From the sequence record SRR31156797_21105: a stretch of 43,000 nt of DNA. One strand, 5' to 3'. This document shows, piece after piece, positions 38,270 through 43,000 of the stretch (position 1 is its first letter; the number at the start of each line of letters is the position of its first letter). Both the position numbers and the translations under genes were made by a program. Under the pieces are notes generated by a model. The model saw nothing but the letters and a program-made list of their open reading frames with translations. It searched no databases and was not told the origin of the DNA.

Positions 38270-39712
38270 ATGAAAAAGGTGTATTATTTAATTGTAATAG
38301 TTTTAATTCTAGGCATTATACCTATTGCATCGCTGCAAATTGCACAAGCAGATGGAGAAATATTGTCTTTGGATAATACGAATATCTACAGCGGCATGGA
38401 TATGTCATATTCCTCAGGTTATAAACCTACAATATCTGACGGAAAGGTTACTATAGTACTGCCTTTGATAAATTCTAGTACAGAAGCTATCAATAACAAT
38501 GAAGTAATAGCAACTGTAGATTTAGGCAGTACGGATGATACTCCATTTGTATATGCAAACTATCAAAAAGGTGTAACAATAGGTAATAACTCAATACAAA
38601 ATGGTGCATCTATGACATCATATCTTATCCGTTTTGATTTACCATTATCCAGCGAAAGATACGAGGGGATTTATCCTGTAAATATAGATATTTCATATTC
38701 AACATCTTCCAATGATAATATTGAACAAACCTTTACAATTTATTTTACTACAGATGGGAAAGATCCGGATGAAACACCAGAACCAGAAAAAGAAGCTCTG
38801 CCTCGGGAAGCGCCAAAGGTAATCTTGGAATCATACAAGATAAGTAAGGATGAGATATTTGCTGGTGATGAATTCAGCGTAGATATTACCCTGAAAAACA
38901 CTGAAGATCATTGGTATGCTAAAAACATTTTAGTATCATATACAGGTGAAACTACTGATATAATCCCCAATGCAGAAGGCAACACATTTCATATATCAGA
39001 GATTGAGGATAGGTGCACTCATCACCTAACACTGTACCTGAAAGTACGTGCGGACGCAAAGTCTGAGCCGCAAAAGGTGGTTATAACCATTGCTTATGAA
39101 GACAGTGCAGGAAGTGCGTACAATGTAACAGAGGAAATAATTGTAGAAGTAAAGCAGCCTATTCGTTTAGTATTAGATACTGTAAGCATTGCAAGCAGCG
39201 TAAATGCGGGGGATAGCATTCCTATCACTATGCAGATGTTTAATATGGGTAAGTCAACCTTATACAATGTTCTGGTTACATTGGAGATGACAGGTGCTAC
39301 ACCAGACGGCAGCAGCTATATAGGACATTTAGAGAGCGGAACAGCAGGCAAGGCTGAGATATATACTTTCTTTGGTACTTTGGATATGGGCAGTAATCCT
39401 ACAGATACTGATCAAAAATATGGGCTGTCTACAGGTACATTAACTGTTTATTATGAGGATGAATACGGCACTGCTTATACTGAAATAGTTGATGTGTCAA
39501 CAACAATTGAACGTCCTGTATTTGACGATATGTATATGACAGAAGAAGAAGAGGTAGAAGAAGAGCCGAAGATGGGCAGCTGGTGGATATCTATAGGGAT
39601 ATTAGTAGGAGTTGCACTGATTATTATAGGAATAACGTCATACAGGCGCAGTATAGAGAAGATTCGTCGGGAATATGGAGACAGCGGAAAAGGCAGGAGC
39701 TACAGACGATGA
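38270..39712 (+). CDS. Secreted, C-terminally anchored Ig/CARDB-like protein (COG1361-like)
   Basis: Signal peptide; repeated beta-sandwich motifs (AGDEFSVDITLKN, AGDSIPITMQMFNMGK, YED..G); C-terminal TM; lies between the ATPase and the permease. Confidence 0.75.
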   Translation: MKKVYYLIVIVLILGIIPIASLQIAQADGEILSLDNTNIYSGMDMSYSSGYKPTISDGKVTIVLPLINSSTEAINNNEVIATVDLGSTDDTPFVYANYQKGVTIGNNSIQNGASMTSYLIRFDLPLSSERYEGIYPVNIDISYSTSSNDNIEQTFTIYFTTDGKDPDETPEPEKEALPREAPKVILESYKISKDEIFAGDEFSVDITLKNTEDHWYAKNILVSYTGETTDIIPNAEGNTFHISEIEDRCTHHLTLYLKVRADAKSEPQKVVITIAYEDSAGSAYNVTEEIIVEVKQPIRLVLDTVSIASSVNAGDSIPITMQMFNMGKSTLYNVLVTLEMTGATPDGSSYIGHLESGTAGKAEIYTFFGTLDMGSNPTDTDQKYGLSTGTLTVYYEDEYGTAYTEIVDVSTTIERPVFDDMYMTEEEEVEEEPKMGSWWISIGILVGVALIIIGITSYRRSIEKIRREYGDSGKGRSYRR

Positions 39713-40992
39713 AGCTCATTGATATAGTTAAACTTGCTGCCCTCAATCTATACAGGCGAGTATCACGTACACTGCTTACTATTGTAGGTGTTGTTATTGG
39801 TACTAGCTGTATAGTGATTATGGTATCAATTGGTTTAACAAATCTGGCGCAGTTTGATGAAATGCTGAAGGATTCGAATTTGGAACGGATTGAGGTTTAT
39901 TCGGCTGAGAGCAATAGTGTGAGCTCGGTAGAGCTTGACAGCATGGCTGTTGAAGCATTCACAAGGCTTAGTAATGTAGATTATGTTGTGCCGATGCAAA
40001 GGATTACATTCTATGCAAAGGTAAAAAAATACTATGCGCCGTACTTGTCTGTTACTGCAATACCTGCAGAGTATCTGGATAAATTTGCTGAGGTTGAAAA
40101 AGGTACATCTATCAATCCTGAAAGCTCTATGATACAGATAGTCATGGGTGAAGGTGTATTTGCCAATTTTATTGAATCGGACAATGATTACAATATAGAT
40201 TATACTGGTCCAGCGATAGACTTTTTATCTGTACCCATTGAACTATATTTAGGCGGTCAGTATTCTGTAGAAGATGAATCTATCCCAGCTTCCAGAATGT
40301 ACAAGGCAGACGTTGTTGGTATTCTTGTAAATGAAAGTGAAAATTATAAGAGCTACGATGCATATATGAGCCTTGATATGGCAAAGAAAATACTACAGGA
40401 AAATTATAAAACAGCAAATGCACTAAATCTTGATTATGATTGCTATGATAATGTATATGTTTACGCAGATGATATGGATAATGTAGAAGAAATCCTAACT
40501 AAAATCCGCTCATATGGCTTTGAAGCGTATTCCAATGCTGAGTGGATTCAAGAAATGAAAAAGCAGCAGAAAGCGCAGCAAGGTCAGCTTCTGGCAATAG
40601 GCTTGATATCCTTAATCGTTTCTGCAATTGGCATTGCTAATACAATGATGATGAGTATTATTGAGCGAAAGAAAGAAATAGGCGTAATGAAAGTAATTGG
40701 TGTATCCATTAAAAAAATACGTCAAATGTTTTTGATAGAGTCAGCTATAATTGGTGCTGCAGGCGGTATTGCAGGATGCATAATTGCTCATATGTTTTCT
40801 TATATCGTAGTTTCCGGCGGTGAGGAAGTCAATTTCCTAGGTATGTATTTTGAAAGCGGCATGAGGTTTGTTATGCCTTTATGGCTTGATTTCGGAGCTA
40901 TTGGTATAGCGGTAATTGTTGGCGTGATTGCTGGATTCCTGCCTGCAAGGAGGGCTACTATGTTAAGTCCGTTGGAGGCTGTCAGGGGGTAG
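39709..40992 (+). CDS. MacB/FtsX-type ABC permease
   Basis: RTLLTIVGVVIG, GIANTMMMSIIERKKEIGVMKVIG, FLIES, PARRA..LSPLEAVR; ATG 39709 overlaps the upstream stop (ATGA). Confidence 0.93.
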   Translation: MKLIDIVKLAALNLYRRVSRTLLTIVGVVIGTSCIVIMVSIGLTNLAQFDEMLKDSNLERIEVYSAESNSVSSVELDSMAVEAFTRLSNVDYVVPMQRITFYAKVKKYYAPYLSVTAIPAEYLDKFAEVEKGTSINPESSMIQIVMGEGVFANFIESDNDYNIDYTGPAIDFLSVPIELYLGGQYSVEDESIPASRMYKADVVGILVNESENYKSYDAYMSLDMAKKILQENYKTANALNLDYDCYDNVYVYADDMDNVEEILTKIRSYGFEAYSNAEWIQEMKKQQKAQQGQLLAIGLISLIVSAIGIANTMMMSIIERKKEIGVMKVIGVSIKKIRQMFLIESAIIGAAGGIAGCIIAHMFSYIVVSGGEEVNFLGMYFESGMRFVMPLWLDFGAIGIAVIVGVIAGFLPARRATMLSPLEAVRG

Positions 40993-41233
40993 TAGCTAAA
41001 GATCAAGTGAATGGAAATAAAGCTGGTTATTTTATTAATACTAGATTGATACGATAGATTTAATTTCTACAAGATTTCGGACATGTTAATAATGTTATGT
41101 ACTGAACAATCTTTCATACACTCATCAAATTTATGAATGCAGAGAAATCTAACATTAATCCAATATGCAGTATTTTCCAGTTGGGAGATTGTGTGGTTTT
41201 TTGCATCTAACATTTTGAAATAGATATCATAAA

Positions 41234-42382
41234 TTAGCTTGTTTCTAGCTTAATCAATAGCTCAATGTTTTTCTTTTCTTTTAAAAACCCACTAAAACGA
41301 TTGGGATCATCTTTTAACAAAGTTGTATAATAATATTTATTAAATAAAAATTCAGGTAGTCCTTTGTTACGTTCATTAATATATTGACCATTAATTATTC
41401 TAGTATACGATACTACATCAATCTGCTTTAAAACTAGCATGAAAATAAATGATTTGAAATCAGTTGTTTCTTTGACTGGACGCGGATGTTTAGTTATGTA
41501 GTTAACTATTTTCTGCAATTCTCGTAGGCTTATTTCAAGTTCATTAGCAAATTCATAGAGATGAGTGTTCATATTATCTCTGAATTGTCCTACATGTGCA
41601 GTGGGTAAAGAGTTAAGGTACTGCATAAGTTCTATATTTGGTAAATCAAATTTATAATCATAGAATTTACTTAGATATATATTATAATTAATATTTCCAT
41701 AAACGGATTTAATTGATTCACCTAGTTGGCTAATATCTGACGATATAATGAAAGTCATATTACATTCGTTGAAAAAGTGTTTTATGAACTCGAGTGTTTC
41801 TATCGCAAATAAAGGTTTACATCTGTCTAATTCATCAATTATAAAAACGATTTTACTATCATCTAATTTATCTGATAGATACTTTGAAAATGCTTCTTTA
41901 GTTTTGTTGTACGCTTCAAATCCTTCTTGATACTTTAATAGGTCATTTTCCTTGACTTCATTTTTAACCTCTTCAGGTAAATTTATTAACTGTGCAATTG
42001 TTGATTCTTTTATTCCAACTTTGGTTTGTATTATATCAAATAATAATGTAGAGAGAACATTAAGGCTTTTTTTGAATCCTAAGTTAAGCATTGCTTCAAT
42101 ATACTTATCGATTTTTTCGTCTACTTTCTCAGATTCTTTTAGACAGTGCACTATTGGAGACATTGGCTCTGTCCAATCATCACACTTCCATGCATCGTAG
42201 TATAAATAGTCAAAGCTTGTATGCTTTTTCATAAATTCATTTAGAAGAGTTGTTTTTCCTGTACCCCATTTAGAGTCAATAAATATGACAAGTGATTTGT
42301 TATCTAAAGTTTTATATTGTTCGCTATTGCTTAGAATAGTTAACAGAGCATTATTAGCTATATTGTTTTCAAGTATATCCAT
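41234..42382 (-). CDS. KAP-family P-loop NTPase (soluble)
   Basis: Walker A DSKWGTGKT, YYDAW, Walker B VFIIDELDRC, LEFIKHFF, YLSKFYD; GGAG RBS before ATG 42382. Confidence 0.9.
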   Translation of the reverse strand: MDILENNIANNALLTILSNSEQYKTLDNKSLVIFIDSKWGTGKTTLLNEFMKKHTSFDYLYYDAWKCDDWTEPMSPIVHCLKESEKVDEKIDKYIEAMLNLGFKKSLNVLSTLLFDIIQTKVGIKESTIAQLINLPEEVKNEVKENDLLKYQEGFEAYNKTKEAFSKYLSDKLDDSKIVFIIDELDRCKPLFAIETLEFIKHFFNECNMTFIISSDISQLGESIKSVYGNINYNIYLSKFYDYKFDLPNIELMQYLNSLPTAHVGQFRDNMNTHLYEFANELEISLRELQKIVNYITKHPRPVKETTDFKSFIFMLVLKQIDVVSYTRIINGQYINERNKGLPEFLFNKYYYTTLLKDDPNRFSGFLKEKKNIELLIKLETS

Positions 42383-42537
42383 ATATTTTCTCCAATTACT
42401 TAAAATTATAACATTATTTTTACATATTTTTAAGTTCATTACAATAGGTTTTATTGATGCCTGATATTATTAAAGGTAAATATATCACTATTCTCTCTAG
42501 AATATTTATGTAAATGTGATAATTCAAATTGCAATAG

Positions 42538-42569
42538 AAAAAACCCCACCAAGCATAAAGCCTGATGGG
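42538..42569 (-). terminator. Terminator downstream of the integrase
   Basis: Minus strand CCCATCAGGC-TTTAT-GCTTGGTGGG then GTTTTTT. Confidence 0.7.
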
Positions 42570-42585
42570 TAAAAACGGAGGTAGA

Positions 42586-42999
42586 TTATCCCAACTTCCC
42601 GAGCAAAGCCGCCAACGTCCTTTTCTGCAACTCTGGATCACTAGTAATACGCTTAATAATATCGTCATCGATATCTTTGTCATGTGACATAACTTCATCT
42701 TCAATATGCGAGTATGTGTTTAGAAGTGTATCAGCTTTTGCATGACCAGTATCTCCTTGTACTGACTTCGCATCACCGCCACTAGCTCGTAGTTTGTATG
42801 TAGAGCTTGAGTGATGTATCTCATGGAACGTAAGTGGTTGAAAGTCTAAGGTGTTTTCTATTTGCCATTTCTTAAACCACTTTGTACATAGATTTACTTC
42901 CAGTGGCATACCAGTATCTAATGCGAATACCATGTTATTGTCAGTGTATTCATGACCTAGATAATGCTTAAGCCTTTGTATATCACCAAATCTTTCTAG
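42586..42999 (-). mobile_element. Tyrosine recombinase/integrase C-terminal part, probably inactive; runs off the window edge
   Basis: Frame is open to the window end: LGHEYTDNNMVFA..GMP, TFHEIHHS (HxxR box with R replaced by H), SVQGDTGHA..LNTYSH (catalytic His and Tyr). Confidence 0.85.
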
Positions 43000-43000
43000 T

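Noticed and set aside
334-42704. Many antisense or overlapping ORFs in the track (e.g. 10274-10933, 31848-32555, 28700-29101, 4526-4918, 42420-42704)
   Set aside because: They are shadows of well-supported genes, with no motifs or RBS.

Overview
AT-rich bacterial chromosomal window, most consistent with a Clostridia-like Bacillota (sigma-A promoters, GGAGG ribosome-binding sites, lipoproteins, an NPKT-type sortase tail, an ECF transporter). It is a mosaic of accessory modules. (1) The 3' part of a transmembrane Ser/Thr kinase, then Zn-motif, HEAT-repeat and LRR-lipoprotein genes. (2) Two complete, diverged CotH-kinase / VTC(TTM)-domain / DUF4956 cassettes arranged head-to-head as a mirror image, beside tRNA-Gln(CTG). 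(3) A GntR/UTRA-linked MtsTUV-like ECF transporter followed by two tandem DUF62 SAM hydrolase paralogs. (4) A deletion scar joining two 5'-truncated genes. (5) A LacI-linked Opp/Dpp importer plus MmgE/PrpD, a lone divergent AroA and a DASS permease. (6) Two adjoining ABC envelope modules (DUF6034-like lipoprotein; COG1361-like protein plus MacB-type permease). (7) A KAP NTPase beside a tyrosine integrase whose catalytic HxxR Arg is replaced by His. Best candidates for an undescribed system: the CotH-VTC-DUF4956 cassettes (hypothesis: polyphosphate synthesis and export feeding surface kinases) and the Opp-PrpD-AroA-DASS cluster. All family calls come from reading motifs by eye; no searches were run. 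No CRISPR array or rRNA was seen.
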